From a virus (lineage: Duplodnaviria > Heunggongvirae > Uroviricota > Caudoviricetes): DNA of 55,157 nt. The stretch lies in IMG/VR virus record IMGVR_UViG_2721755660_000006, positions 1-55,157 of that record. One strand, given 5' to 3'. Below the pieces are notes generated by a model that saw only the letters and a program-made list of their open reading frames with translations, was not told where the DNA came from and did not search any database. The position numbers and the translations under genes were made by a program. The first letter of the stretch is position 1. Every line of letters starts with the position of its first letter. This document shows, piece after piece, positions 36,187 to 45,409 of the stretch.

Positions 36187-36914
36187 TATTCACCCCGCGT
36201 CACTCGTTTAATTTCGTTGTCAGCCCGCGCCTCTTCTTTGAACAATTCAGCAATGGCGTCTTCATAGAAAGCCCGGTATTTCTTCCACCATGTTGATCGG
36301 CTTACCGGGAAAACAAGCTGATTAACCGCCTGCCGGACAAGATCTACAGGGAAACGCGAGTACCCACGCCCGCCGCAGTGCTGGCATGTTTTGAACACTG
36401 GCATTTCCGCCGCCTCGCTGGCTGCTTTATCCGGTACTTCGCCACGGCCCTTGCACCGCTGGCAATGGTTTTTAACGTAGCCTTTGCCGCCGCACCGTGC
36501 GCAAATTGTTGATGTGTATTTGCAATATGGATTTGGTAAATGCCCGTGACCGCCGCACTTAGGGCAAACTTTTTCGGTCGCTGCACTCTGGCAGTAATCC
36601 CGAAACGCGAAAACGGCAACAAGAATAATAAGTCCATTGCGCTGATCCTCGTTTAACTCCATCACGTATTCGTAATCTTTTGCCATCGATTTTAAGCGGT
36701 CTATAAGCAACGACACGGCTTTATTTTTTTCAGCTTGCGATAGCTCCATCTTTCCCAAAAAAGCGCTATATCCAAGCTCTACGCGCGATTGCGCCATACC
36801 CGCAGCGGTTAGCGCATCCGTCGTATTAAGAGCGCCCGGGGACGTGCCCCGGCTTTCGTCAGATAATCGCGGTGATTTAGGAAAGTGGAATTTTAGAATG
36901 GATTCTAAATTCAT
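36186..36914 (-). CDS. DnaJ-type zinc-finger protein; candidate late-gene antiterminator (Q-like)
   Basis: 242 aa with four CxxCxG(K/R/H)G repeats (CPKCGGHGH, CARCGGKGY, CQRCKGRGE, CQHCGGRGY); located after the NinG/RusA nin-like genes. Confidence 0.4.
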   Translation of the reverse strand: MNLESILKFHFPKSPRLSDESRGTSPGALNTTDALTAAGMAQSRVELGYSAFLGKMELSQAEKNKAVSLLIDRLKSMAKDYEYVMELNEDQRNGLIILVAVFAFRDYCQSAATEKVCPKCGGHGHLPNPYCKYTSTICARCGGKGYVKNHCQRCKGRGEVPDKAASEAAEMPVFKTCQHCGGRGYSRFPVDLVRQAVNQLVFPVSRSTWWKKYRAFYEDAIAELFKEEARADNEIKRVTRGE

Positions 36915-37096
36915 TATTTGCCCTCATAACGTGCCGCCAGCCGTTTACGATCAGAAATGGATTGCACCAGCTTTCTTTCGAACTCTTTCAGCGCAAGTAA
37001 TTCGCGCATGTGGAAAGCCTGGATTTGTCGGACCGTCTCTAAATCACGCTCGTCGCGCTGAATATCTATTTGCAGATCTTTAACTTCGTTTTTCAT
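36914..37096 (-). CDS. Hypothetical coiled-coil protein
   Basis: 60-aa ORF. Confidence 0.4.
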   Translation of the reverse strand: MKNEVKDLQIDIQRDERDLETVRQIQAFHMRELLALKEFERKLVQSISDRKRLAARYEGK

Positions 37097-37500
37097 TGCT
37101 CACCCCACATATTAGTCGCGTATTCGTCAATATCCGGTAGTAGGTCGCCGCGTTCGCGGATCTTAATAAACAAGCGTCCGCCTTTTACCTTCCGGCAGCG
37201 AACAATTTTTATTGAGTCGATTTGCCCGTCATCCTTCCAGAATCCGGCATAAGTAAGGCTGTCAAAAAGGCATTTAGGGATATTGTCCAGATCTCTGATC
37301 CGGTTATCCGGCGGCGCGGCGTAAATGGCAATTGCCAGTCGGCAAGGTAGGTTAATATTTAAATTTAATAGCTCGATGATGTCTCTTACCTGTTCCCTGT
37401 ATTCCTTCCCCACTTTGCTGATATAGTGAAAACCGCGCGAATGTCGGTAATAGCGATTATTCGATGGCGGGTAAGGCAGGCTAAAAGAATATTCATTCAT
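37093..37500 (-). CDS. rusA: Holliday junction resolvase RusA
   Basis: 135 aa; N-terminal LPYPPSNNRYYRH and downstream RDLDNIPKCLFDSL match the RusA signature. Confidence 0.85.
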   Translation of the reverse strand: MNEYSFSLPYPPSNNRYYRHSRGFHYISKVGKEYREQVRDIIELLNLNINLPCRLAIAIYAAPPDNRIRDLDNIPKCLFDSLTYAGFWKDDGQIDSIKIVRCRKVKGGRLFIKIRERGDLLPDIDEYATNMWGEQ

Positions 37501-38102
37501 GCTGCCTTTCTCCTTAAGGCGTCCAATTTAGCCTGATAGATGTTTATTAGCTCCTTACATTCTGCGATCGTCCATTTATGCGTATCATTGTTGTTTTCCA
37601 GTGCTACCACCCTTGCGAGGCCAATTTTTCGAATCAGTGCCGGGCGATACCCTCCTATGTTTCCGTCTAATGTCTGGTTGCAGTGCCTGCATTGTTTATG
37701 GCAATTATCCTCGTTAAAGCGAAGGTGTCCTGCGGCGGCAACCGTCCTGTAATGGCCCGCATCCCACCCGCATTGCTCACCGTAGTAAGTCCCGCAGGAT
37801 ATACACGGCAAGCGCGCGTCACGTTCGCGGATATAGGCGTTGAATACGTTTTGAACTTGCTTGATCCAGTAGCTGCGCGGATTTAACTGTTTCCGCTTCC
37901 GGTTGCGTTCTTCCCGCTGGCTATCGCGGCGTTTCTTCCGTTCCATCGCCTTCATAGCCTTTTCACGGTCGCGGCATAGCTGGTCAAACTTCAGTTCTTC
38001 CAGACATTCATCGCTGCACCACGTTTGATTATGATATTTAGGCTCAAAAAAAACGCCGCAGCACTTGCAACGGCGTCTTATGGGTTTTTTAGGGTTTTGC
38101 AT
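37497..38102 (-). CDS. ninG: NinG (Rap) recombination-associated protein
   Basis: Close match by eye to lambda NinG (RRRCK, PRSYWIKQ, RDLPCISCGT, DAGHYRT, LRFNE-N-HKQC); start refined to MQNPKK. Confidence 0.85.
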   Translation of the reverse strand: MQNPKKPIRRRCKCCGVFFEPKYHNQTWCSDECLEELKFDQLCRDREKAMKAMERKKRRDSQREERNRKRKQLNPRSYWIKQVQNVFNAYIRERDARLPCISCGTYYGEQCGWDAGHYRTVAAAGHLRFNEDNCHKQCRHCNQTLDGNIGGYRPALIRKIGLARVVALENNNDTHKWTIAECKELINIYQAKLDALRRKAA

Positions 38103-38113
38103 AAAAACCACCC

Positions 38114-38293
38114 CGATTATTTTTGATTCTCTGTTTCGTTCAGCCTTTCGGCGTGTCCGGCCATTAGCCAATGTTCTAAGCATTCGTTGCACTCGTTACA
38201 GCCTCCTTTCTTCGTGCTGCATACATTGCACATTGCACGCATAACGCTTTCTCGTTCATAGTCGTCATGCCATTGGTAATTATCAAAAGGCAT
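38114..38293 (-). CDS. Cys-rich small protein (zinc-finger-like)
   Basis: 59-codon ORF not in the track frame; AAGGAGAG Shine-Dalgarno; CNVCSTKKGGCNECNEC. Confidence 0.5.
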
Positions 38294-38452
38294 AATGCTC
38301 TCTCCTTTTCAGGTGATTTCTACGCATTTCAGCGCTGCCGGATTTTTAAAGAGCATTTTGTTTGCTTGAAGTATACAAAATGGATACGTGCTAACAAGGT
38401 GTAAAGCGCCATTATGTGACATTCATCACACAATGACGCCATTTTGTAAACT

Positions 38453-39217
38453 TCAGTCCGGCAAAACGCGGTTGAGCGTAGTACGATTGATGGCCCGGTC
38501 GTTAGCCAGGAATACAGCACGGGCGAAGCCACGCGGCGTTAGTGAGCGGATCATCTTTGTTCGCTTTGATTTTCCGCCTAACTTCGCGTGCTGCTTACTG
38601 TCTTCCCATTCATCTGGCATCGGCACAGGACGGAATAGCGGCTGCTTAAATCCATTCCCGCACCAAATACAAGTTTTCTTCGTGTAGGCGTCGCGGTCGG
38701 CAATGTATTCCGGGAAAGCGGGATGCTTATCATCTTCCGGCAGGTAGCCACCGTAAGCGCACGGATTGAAGATAAAATCCGGTTTACGCCATAACGTTGA
38801 CAGTGCGCCCACCGGATTTTCCACCATCCACGGCACGTTATGCATATTCGCCAGTTTTTCTACCAGTTTTGCGTTATGCGCCGCCTTCACCTGGAAGTCA
38901 GGGTCTTTTTTCCGTTTATCAGCGAACCAGCGAGCGCCTGAAACGGCGAGATTGTCGCATGGAGGAAAGCCCAGGATAATGTCAGGATCTGGATATACAG
39001 ACAATTCAGGGGAGAACATTACCAGAAAATGGCTATCAATCCAGACGTTAACATATTCAATATTTGGATGAATTATTTTTACCCCGTCATAATCACCGTG
39101 ATTAGCGCCGTCATAGTTGAAGCAATAACATTTATAACCAGCGTCCGCCCAATCTTTAACGGCGTACCCGCTGCCGTCATACAGCGACCACACCACCCAA
39201 TTTCTAATCCCGCTCAT
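38453..39217 (-). CDS. Putative DNA cytosine-5 methyltransferase-like protein (short form)
   Basis: 254 aa; motif-like segments YDGSGYA, GFPPCDNLAVSG (Pro-Cys) and MVENPVGA (ENV-like). Confidence 0.5.
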   Translation of the reverse strand: MSGIRNWVVWSLYDGSGYAVKDWADAGYKCYCFNYDGANHGDYDGVKIIHPNIEYVNVWIDSHFLVMFSPELSVYPDPDIILGFPPCDNLAVSGARWFADKRKKDPDFQVKAAHNAKLVEKLANMHNVPWMVENPVGALSTLWRKPDFIFNPCAYGGYLPEDDKHPAFPEYIADRDAYTKKTCIWCGNGFKQPLFRPVPMPDEWEDSKQHAKLGGKSKRTKMIRSLTPRGFARAVFLANDRAINRTTLNRVLPD

Positions 39218-39759
39218 TTCCTACCCTCAAACGTGAAGTAGCGGCGCATGATGATAGTAATCACCGTTACCGCTGCCATTTTTGAGATGAATTGCATAGC
39301 TGATATTTCCGGCATAAATGCCATAAACGATAGCGTCGGGAAAATTAACGCATCACCTATGGCGGACGCTATATTTGCAGGCCAACGTTTAGAATCAAAG
39401 TCACCAGGCAAAACCCGGTAAACGCCGCCAGAAATAAGCGCACCGGAAACAACCGCGACAAATGACGCGATCGCCACCATTCCGGCGTCGTAATTTATCA
39501 GCACAGTGATTGCGCCAGCGGCGGCGCATGTTGTAGCCGACCATTTCAGGCCGCCGTCATATAACAGGAGGTCACGGATCATCATATTGACACACACGGC
39601 GGCTACCGTGGTGATCGGAATTACCCACGGGCCGCAATGATTAACAATAAGATTGATGATCACAAAAACGGCGACATAAACGCAGGCTAATAACCTGTCA
39701 ATTGTCACCCTTTCCATTTGGATCGTACCTCTTATCATGAATACATTCTGATCTGTCAA
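39214..39759 (-). CDS. Integral membrane protein
   Basis: 181 aa with about five hydrophobic helices. Confidence 0.55.
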   Translation of the reverse strand: MTDQNVFMIRGTIQMERVTIDRLLACVYVAVFVIINLIVNHCGPWVIPITTVAAVCVNMMIRDLLLYDGGLKWSATTCAAAGAITVLINYDAGMVAIASFVAVVSGALISGGVYRVLPGDFDSKRWPANIASAIGDALIFPTLSFMAFMPEISAMQFISKMAAVTVITIIMRRYFTFEGRK

Positions 39760-40210
39760 ACCTCAAATCAAGCCGATTAGTGACCTCACCGTTAAACTTC
39801 ACAGTAGGAATTATTTTCCCCGGAATAATCGACGGGTCCGGCCCTAAAATATCAGAGTAAAGTTTTATCCCTCCGCTGATAGGGAGATCAAAAACAGCCT
39901 GTTTCTTTCTTTGTTCTTCCTCCCGCTCCGTTAATATTTGCTCCGCTTTTAGCGCGTTATAGCTAATCAAATCAATTAACGTGTCTGTCGGATCGCTGTT
40001 ATTGCTCAAAATGGCTTCTAATCGCGCCTCCTTGAGACAAATTAGCAGATCCCATACATCAAGCGGGGTTAAATCTGCCCCCTTCTTAGCGTTGTAAATA
40101 GTGGCTATTTTTGGCGCTGATTTTTCCTCTTTTTTGTCGTAGCCGTTTTGTTTACCTCTTTGCTCTATGGTTTCCGCTGCAAGCCTTAATAAGTCTGTTG
40201 CCTTAGTCAT
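39698..40210 (-). CDS. Hypothetical protein
   Basis: 170-aa ORF overlapping the downstream gene start by about 60 nt in another frame. Confidence 0.45.
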   Translation of the reverse strand: MTKATDLLRLAAETIEQRGKQNGYDKKEEKSAPKIATIYNAKKGADLTPLDVWDLLICLKEARLEAILSNNSDPTDTLIDLISYNALKAEQILTEREEEQRKKQAVFDLPISGGIKLYSDILGPDPSIIPGKIIPTVKFNGEVTNRLDLRFDRSECIHDKRYDPNGKGDN

Positions 40211-40743
40211 TGTTCTGAACCTCTCGCATATAGCTCTTTACGTGTTATTTGCGTGAAAATACATTCATGTCTGCAACGTGGATGCCAGATCAAGAACAAG
40301 CTCCCTTTATTGTTTCCACTTGCTGGTTTCCCTGTCGCAGCATTGATAAACGCCAGCCGCCCGCGCGTGATTAATCGGCATTCGTTTGCCGTCTCCACGC
40401 CGTTCATAAACCAGCTAACAGAAATGTCAGCGGGCAATAACATTACGCATCCGATATGGTTTCGGCTGTGTTCAAGCGCCGCTTTATCAACGAATGGCCC
40501 CGGATTAGAATATGGTGGATTAAGCCAGACATACTCACCAGGCATTGCCACCGCTCCCCACGGATAATGCAACGTGTCCATTTCTTCTGTTATATATCGC
40601 GGGATTAATGCGTTTGCCTTGTTTGCCGCCACGTCCGCGACGAATTCGAATTCCCGATCCATTCCTCTAAAAACGGGTTTTGGCGTTTGCCATAAGTCTT
40701 TTATTTCTTTCGGCGTATGGCTGCCGCCGTAATCATTTTTCAT
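40207..40743 (-). CDS. Phage-type DNA N6-adenine methyltransferase (Dam family)
   Basis: 178 aa; N-terminal WQTPKPVF and catalytic NPPY (LNPPYS) typical of small phage Dam methyltransferases. Confidence 0.8.
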   Translation of the reverse strand: MKNDYGGSHTPKEIKDLWQTPKPVFRGMDREFEFVADVAANKANALIPRYITEEMDTLHYPWGAVAMPGEYVWLNPPYSNPGPFVDKAALEHSRNHIGCVMLLPADISVSWFMNGVETANECRLITRGRLAFINAATGKPASGNNKGSLFLIWHPRCRHECIFTQITRKELYARGSEQ

Positions 40744-40752
40744 TACGCCCCC

Positions 40753-41037
40753 TTAGAAATAATCCTGATCTGTTCCCCAGCGGTTATTCAGATACCCCAC
40801 CAACCACACAAAACGCTCAATACTGATTAGCGGGGCGACCTTGCGATAATGCTTGTCGAGTATCAGACGCGTGGCTTTATCGCTGTAGCCGTTCTTTTCT
40901 ACCTCCGCTTTGCAGGCCGAAAGCGCGGCGCGGGCGGCAGTCTTTACGGCGTTAAATTGCGGCTCAGACATATTGAATAAAGCCATAGGATCACCATGTA
41001 TCATCCCAATCCGGCGCAGCAGTCCAGCAAAAACCAA
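40753..41037 (-). CDS. Hypothetical protein
   Basis: 94-aa ORF. Confidence 0.4.
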   Translation of the reverse strand: MVFAGLLRRIGMIHGDPMALFNMSEPQFNAVKTAARAALSACKAEVEKNGYSDKATRLILDKHYRKVAPLISIERFVWLVGYLNNRWGTDQDYF

Positions 41038-41242
41038 TGAATGCGCTCACAGCCAATAAAGCGCGGGCTGCAAAAAGAATATTCCCAATGTCGTTAAATT
41101 CAGGCAGCGACCACGTAATAAACATAGCCCCCAGCATGATAACACCGATAACAGTCAGGGCCGCAAGGAAAACAAAAAGCGTAGCCAAAAGCCACGCCCC
41201 AAACCAGTTAAAAAAGCTCTTAAGCATTTTAAACGTCCTCAA
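40991..41242 (-). CDS. Small membrane protein
   Basis: 83 aa with two hydrophobic helices. Confidence 0.45.
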   Translation of the reverse strand: MRTFKMLKSFFNWFGAWLLATLFVFLAALTVIGVIMLGAMFITWSLPEFNDIGNILFAARALLAVSAFIGFCWTAAPDWDDTW

Positions 41243-41432
41243 TTACCCCACCTTTCACGCGCTCTTTAATATCCCATACGTGAGGCTTGCATATTTCTTG
41301 ATAATAGTGATCCGGCCTGCTGCCGAAATACCATTTACCATCCATATAAAAATAAACGCCAGAAAAATTACCAGGTGCGGCCTTTGTTGCTGATTCTGGA
41401 ATTTTCCATTCTCTGTAATGTTTAAACCGCAT
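41229..41432 (-). CDS. Hypothetical protein
   Basis: 67-aa ORF; aromatic/Gly motif resembling the next gene. Confidence 0.4.
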   Translation of the reverse strand: MRFKHYREWKIPESATKAAPGNFSGVYFYMDGKWYFGSRPDHYYQEICKPHVWDIKERVKGGVIEDV

Positions 41433-41616
41433 GTAATGACACCTCCCGGATAAGTTTACTTAATTCAATGTCTGGTAGTCTGCGAAAATGCTGTACACCA
41501 TCGACAAAGCGCACGCAATAAATATCGCCTACATTGTTGTAGTAATAACAGCCGCTAAAACCAATTCCCGCCAATTTAGCGTTATCAGGCAACGTATAGC
41601 CGCCAACATTTTTCAT
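41422..41616 (-). CDS. Hypothetical protein
   Basis: 64-aa ORF. Confidence 0.4.
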   Translation of the reverse strand: MKNVGGYTLPDNAKLAGIGFSGCYYYNNVGDIYCVRFVDGVQHFRRLPDIELSKLIREVSLHAV

Positions 41617-41714
41617 AAATCACCTCATATGGTATTCAATAAACCACCTGATAAACAGGCATAAGGCAATAAAACCCCAGCAGCAGCACATATAAAACAA
41701 TGTATCGTCCATAA

Positions 41715-41933
41715 TTAAGCCTCAATAACACCGTAATCAAACGTGCCTAAATACCGTTCTATACTTACAACCTCAGCACCATCAATGCACCGTTTCCACA
41801 CAGACACCTGGCTTTCATTTTCTCTGAAGTGCATATTAGAAAGCACTTCATCGGCTGGATAGCCTTTCCCAGCGACGTAGGCATCGTGACCTACGCCACC
41901 TTCTACGCAATAAAGCATCAATTCGCGTTCCAT
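41715..41933 (-). CDS. Hypothetical protein
   Basis: 72 aa from MERELMLYCVEGG, preceded by GGAGGAAG Shine-Dalgarno. Confidence 0.45.
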   Translation of the reverse strand: MERELMLYCVEGGVGHDAYVAGKGYPADEVLSNMHFRENESQVSVWKRCIDGAEVVSIERYLGTFDYGVIEA

Positions 41934-42031
41934 TTTGCTTCCTCCGCACCGTAAACCTTTTGATTTTGGCTTACAAAACGGACATGCGATCACAATACAT
42001 AATGTATATTTATGTAATCGGAATCACTCGG

Positions 42032-42652
42032 TTAATGCAGTACACGTTTTTCCTGTTCAGGCATCGGCTGTGCGTTTTTCCGTGCATCATTAAGCACAGC
42101 GATAGCCGCCTGTACACCGAAATCATTTGCGCGCATATCATTGCCAACCATTTCACCGTAAAACAGCGGCATAAACGCTTTTACTTCTTCTTCTTTGTGG
42201 CCTTCCTCAATGCATTTCTGCAACATTTTAACTTCAAAGATGTTTTTCATCAGGCCGCGCATAGAATGCAGTGAAACACTACCAAACTGATCCTTGTTCA
42301 ACGGGAAAATAACAGCACTTCCGAACGCGAGCGGATCAACCTCTTCCGGCACTGGTACGCGTCCGAATTCTTCCTCCATGCGCTTCACAAAAGTAAGAGA
42401 GAATACATAACGCGCTACCGATGTTTTTTCTTCCATACTTAAAGACACGTAATCGCGGATTGACGCACCCATCACAATATCAACAACCTGCAGCGCCAGA
42501 TTCAAATCAGCGTCATACGCGCCAGCTTCCATATCTTTCAATACTTCGTGATAATCTTTAATTTCCACTTCGTGAAAGTTTGCATCATCTGTATAGCGAG
42601 TGATCAACATACCTTCATTACCGAGAGAGTAAGCTGTTTTGATGTCGTTCAT
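42032..42652 (-). CDS. Hypothetical protein
   Basis: 206-aa ORF. Confidence 0.5.
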   Translation of the reverse strand: MNDIKTAYSLGNEGMLITRYTDDANFHEVEIKDYHEVLKDMEAGAYDADLNLALQVVDIVMGASIRDYVSLSMEEKTSVARYVFSLTFVKRMEEEFGRVPVPEEVDPLAFGSAVIFPLNKDQFGSVSLHSMRGLMKNIFEVKMLQKCIEEGHKEEEVKAFMPLFYGEMVGNDMRANDFGVQAAIAVLNDARKNAQPMPEQEKRVLH

Positions 42653-42665
42653 GATATTTATCCTT

Positions 42666-42998
42666 TTATAGTGGGTGATGCCATTTCATTTCTGTTTCTG
42701 AATTAAACGGGTTTCCTTCGCTTGAAAGGAATAAATCACGCTCCCGTTTCAGTTCTTCCGGGCTTATTTCTATTTCATCAATCTGACCGAACGATCCCGG
42801 CATCATTCGTTTTAAATCAGATAGCGGACGCATAAGGCCGCAACCGCGTAACAGCATATCGACCGCGAATTGTCTACGTCCGGCGGCGTCATTAAAGCGC
42901 CGCGCCCAGGGCACAACCACGATCCGGCGTTCGAATTTGATAAATAGTGATAGCTTGTTTGTTTCGCTATCATATGCTTTATGGAATTTAATTTTCAT
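42666..42998 (-). CDS. Hypothetical protein
   Basis: 110-aa ORF. Confidence 0.45.
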   Translation of the reverse strand: MKIKFHKAYDSETNKLSLFIKFERRIVVVPWARRFNDAAGRRQFAVDMLLRGCGLMRPLSDLKRMMPGSFGQIDEIEISPEELKRERDLFLSSEGNPFNSETEMKWHHPL

Positions 42999-43179
42999 TT
43001 AACACCTCGACGTATTGCTCAAGATGCCATTTACCAACTTCATCCATGTTTTCGTCGTATATAATGACCTCTCCGCCTTGCCTGAATCTGAAAGCAGTGG
43101 CTGTAAATTCACGGCCCCACCACGCCTTTAAGCGCTCCCCACCTTTCAGGTGTTTAACCTTTACTTCTTTTATAGCCAT
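42988..43179 (-). CDS. Hypothetical protein
   Basis: 63-aa ORF. Confidence 0.4.
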   Translation of the reverse strand: MAIKEVKVKHLKGGERLKAWWGREFTATAFRFRQGGEVIIYDENMDEVGKWHLEQYVEVLNEN

Positions 43180-43442
43180 ACGCCGAACATCCCATTCAGT
43201 CCGGCGAACAATTTCCGCCAGTGGTTTTCAACATAAGCCCGGAACGGCTTAACGCGAACATTGCGGGCCTTCAGTTCAATCTTGTCGAAGAAACGCGGCT
43301 CTATAATTGTTCCGTCCAGATATTTAACTAGGATCGGGCGCTCAAGATCGTTATATGTCTTGTTCAGCACAACCAGACCAGGGTCTTTACGGTATTCCGG
43401 GAGCACAACAAGATCACCCGTTTTGATATTCATGAATGGCAT
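43170..43442 (-). CDS. Hypothetical protein
   Basis: 90 aa from the ATG overlapping the upstream mini-gene stop (TGATG). Confidence 0.45.
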   Translation of the reverse strand: MPFMNIKTGDLVVLPEYRKDPGLVVLNKTYNDLERPILVKYLDGTIIEPRFFDKIELKARNVRVKPFRAYVENHWRKLFAGLNGMFGVWL

Positions 43443-43558
43443 CACATCACCCCGCCGATATAGCTAATAATTGCCGCAGTCGCGCCAGCTATTACCACCA
43501 TGAAGACGAAAGCGACCACACAGAAAACAGCCTTGACAGTATTTTTGTCGACTCGCAT
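43442..43558 (-). CDS. Mini membrane peptide (38 aa)
   Basis: MRVDKNTVKAVFCVVAFVFMVVIAGATAAIISYIGGVM; GAGGT Shine-Dalgarno; coupled to flanking genes. Confidence 0.45.
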   Translation of the reverse strand: MRVDKNTVKAVFCVVAFVFMVVIAGATAAIISYIGGVM

Positions 43559-43565
43559 ATAAACC

Positions 43566-43673
43566 TCACATGTCAGTAATCAGCTTAACAATCGCCACAG
43601 TGATATAGAGTGACGCACTAAGGTAAACAGCCGCCACAGCAACGGCGGCGGATAACATTGCAATCTTTTTCAT
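43566..43673 (-). CDS. Mini membrane peptide (35 aa)
   Basis: MKKIAMLSAAVAVAAVYLSASLYITVAIVKLITDM; ATG overlaps the upstream stop (ATGA). Confidence 0.45.
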   Translation of the reverse strand: MKKIAMLSAAVAVAAVYLSASLYITVAIVKLITDM

Positions 43674-43894
43674 TTGCCACCCTCCGCAATGAACTTATCA
43701 AGCCATTTGTTATTAGCCAGCCGTTCGGCATCTTCGCCGAATGATTTACGTTCGCTTAATTCCTGTCGAGTAGGGAAAGGCCATTTATCAACCCAGCCCG
43801 CAGACGTCTCGAATTCGTACAGCCCGCCGCCGAAAGTGATAAGCTCATCAGCGCCGTCAGGAATTTCTCCGTCAACTTCTTTATCTTCGATCAT
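43670..43894 (-). CDS. Hypothetical protein
   Basis: 74-aa ORF. Confidence 0.45.
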   Translation of the reverse strand: MIEDKEVDGEIPDGADELITFGGGLYEFETSAGWVDKWPFPTRQELSERKSFGEDAERLANNKWLDKFIAEGGK

Positions 43895-43908
43895 GATTTA
43901 ATACCTCA

Positions 43909-44193
43909 TTAATCGTTAATAACCTGACCCATACGCCCGCGATATTTGCGCATACGTGGATCGACATATTCAGGCCAATGCATATCATCAGCTTTCTGTA
44001 GTGGGTAAAAACTTGCCTGCCAGTTGTCGAACCATATTTGCTTTGCGTACAGGTCACTAAATCTTTTCGCCATTCGATCCGCTGCCGTGCCGCATAAAAA
44101 AAGCCCGCGATCGATTTGATCACGGGCTTCTCTTAAAACTTGCTCTTTTGTTCGCGGCGGCGGCGGTGCTTTTAAATAATCACCCATCGCCAA
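43909..44193 (-). CDS. Hypothetical protein
   Basis: 94-aa ORF directly downstream of ssb. Confidence 0.45.
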   Translation of the reverse strand: MAMGDYLKAPPPPRTKEQVLREARDQIDRGLFLCGTAADRMAKRFSDLYAKQIWFDNWQASFYPLQKADDMHWPEYVDPRMRKYRGRMGQVIND

Positions 44194-44202
44194 CCTATTG
44201 AA

Positions 44203-44619
44203 TCAGAACGGAATATCATCGTCGAAGTCCATCGGCGGCGGATTATTCCCGTTATTATTTTGAGGCGGTGGCGCTTTCTGCTGCTGGCCTTGCTGCTGGC
44301 CTTGTTGGTTAACGTTCATGAATTCAAATTCGTTAACCGCCACTTCTACCGCCGTCCCCTTCGTGCCGTCGTTCCGGTCATATTGCCGAACATCTAGGCG
44401 ACCGCTTACCACTATTTTTCCACCCTTGCGGATATGTGGCGCTAATTTTTCCGCACGCTCACCAAATACCAGGCAAGTGACCCACATTGTCCGCTTATTA
44501 TCGCCGTAGCCATTCGTTACAGCTAACGGAAAACTACCAATCGCTTTCCCGTTTTGTGTGTAGCGAACCTCCATATCATTACCGATATTCCCGCCCAGCG
44601 TGATTGAATTTAAACTCAT
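44203..44619 (-). CDS. ssb: Single-stranded DNA-binding protein
   Basis: 138 aa; OB-fold-like N-terminus, Gln/Gly/Pro/Asn-rich linker and acidic tip MDFDDDIPF. Confidence 0.9.
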   Translation of the reverse strand: MSLNSITLGGNIGNDMEVRYTQNGKAIGSFPLAVTNGYGDNKRTMWVTCLVFGERAEKLAPHIRKGGKIVVSGRLDVRQYDRNDGTKGTAVEVAVNEFEFMNVNQQGQQQGQQQKAPPPQNNNGNNPPPMDFDDDIPF

Positions 44620-45260
44620 TAACCCATCTCCCCGTTAAGCTCTGCTACCCGGATGTCATAAACATCTTTTGCCTTGATTCGATGCTCCGATCCTTCCGGT
44701 AGTAATTTCCAGCATTTGCCAAATATTTCACGCAGCTTGTTAGCGTCCTGCGCTTTCGCTGCTGCATCACAGAAACGTGCTAATACTTCATCAGGATTTG
44801 GCGGCGCTTTATTCTGCTGCGGTTGTTGTTTTGGTGGGTTTTTCTGTTGTCGCGGCTGCTGGCCTGTCTGCTTCGCGTAAGCATCAGTATCAGGATCGCG
44901 AGCATCATCTATACAGAATAAACCGTTCAAAGCATATTTACGCGCGTAACTTGATGTTGCTCCTGTTAGCTGGCTGGCGTCCATACCCTTCTTGCTTTCT
45001 TCCTCCCTGGCATAAGCAGTTACCGCTATTACGTCTTCACCGTCGCTTAGCGTCGCCGTTGCTTTCACATAATAGCGATTGCCGATCAGGACAATTTCAT
45101 CACTAACAGTCAGCGTGATATTTTGAAGCAGTGGTTTAACCGCCTCTAAAATATCCTCCGCCGACCTGTAATTATATCCACCAAAATTATTACGCTGATT
45201 TTTCGGCGCGTTCAGCGTTTGCTGAATCGTCCATAGCTTTTTATGTAACTCTGTTTTCAC
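44619..45260 (-). CDS. erf: ERF-family single-strand annealing protein
   Basis: 213 aa; NFGGYNYRSAEDILEAVKPLL signature and Gln/Pro-rich C-terminal region; probable GTG start. Confidence 0.8.
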   Translation of the reverse strand: MKTELHKKLWTIQQTLNAPKNQRNNFGGYNYRSAEDILEAVKPLLQNITLTVSDEIVLIGNRYYVKATATLSDGEDVIAVTAYAREEESKKGMDASQLTGATSSYARKYALNGLFCIDDARDPDTDAYAKQTGQQPRQQKNPPKQQPQQNKAPPNPDEVLARFCDAAAKAQDANKLREIFGKCWKLLPEGSEHRIKAKDVYDIRVAELNGEMG

Positions 45261-45379
45261 TATTTAATCTCCCGTGCTGTTAACACTATGTATAAGGCTT
45301 TATTCGCGGCGCTCCACATTTCGGCATCGTGAAGCATTTCCGCTACTGCCAGTTTGAATTGAAGCGCCTGAATAACCAT
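45260..45379 (-). CDS. Hypothetical mini-protein (39 aa) upstream of erf
   Basis: MVIQALQFKLAVAEMLHDAEMWSAANKALYIVLTAREIK; its stop overlaps the erf GTG start. Confidence 0.35.
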   Translation of the reverse strand: MVIQALQFKLAVAEMLHDAEMWSAANKALYIVLTAREIK

Positions 45380-45409
45380 AATGTCATCTCCGGATGTTTA
45401 CATTTTGTA

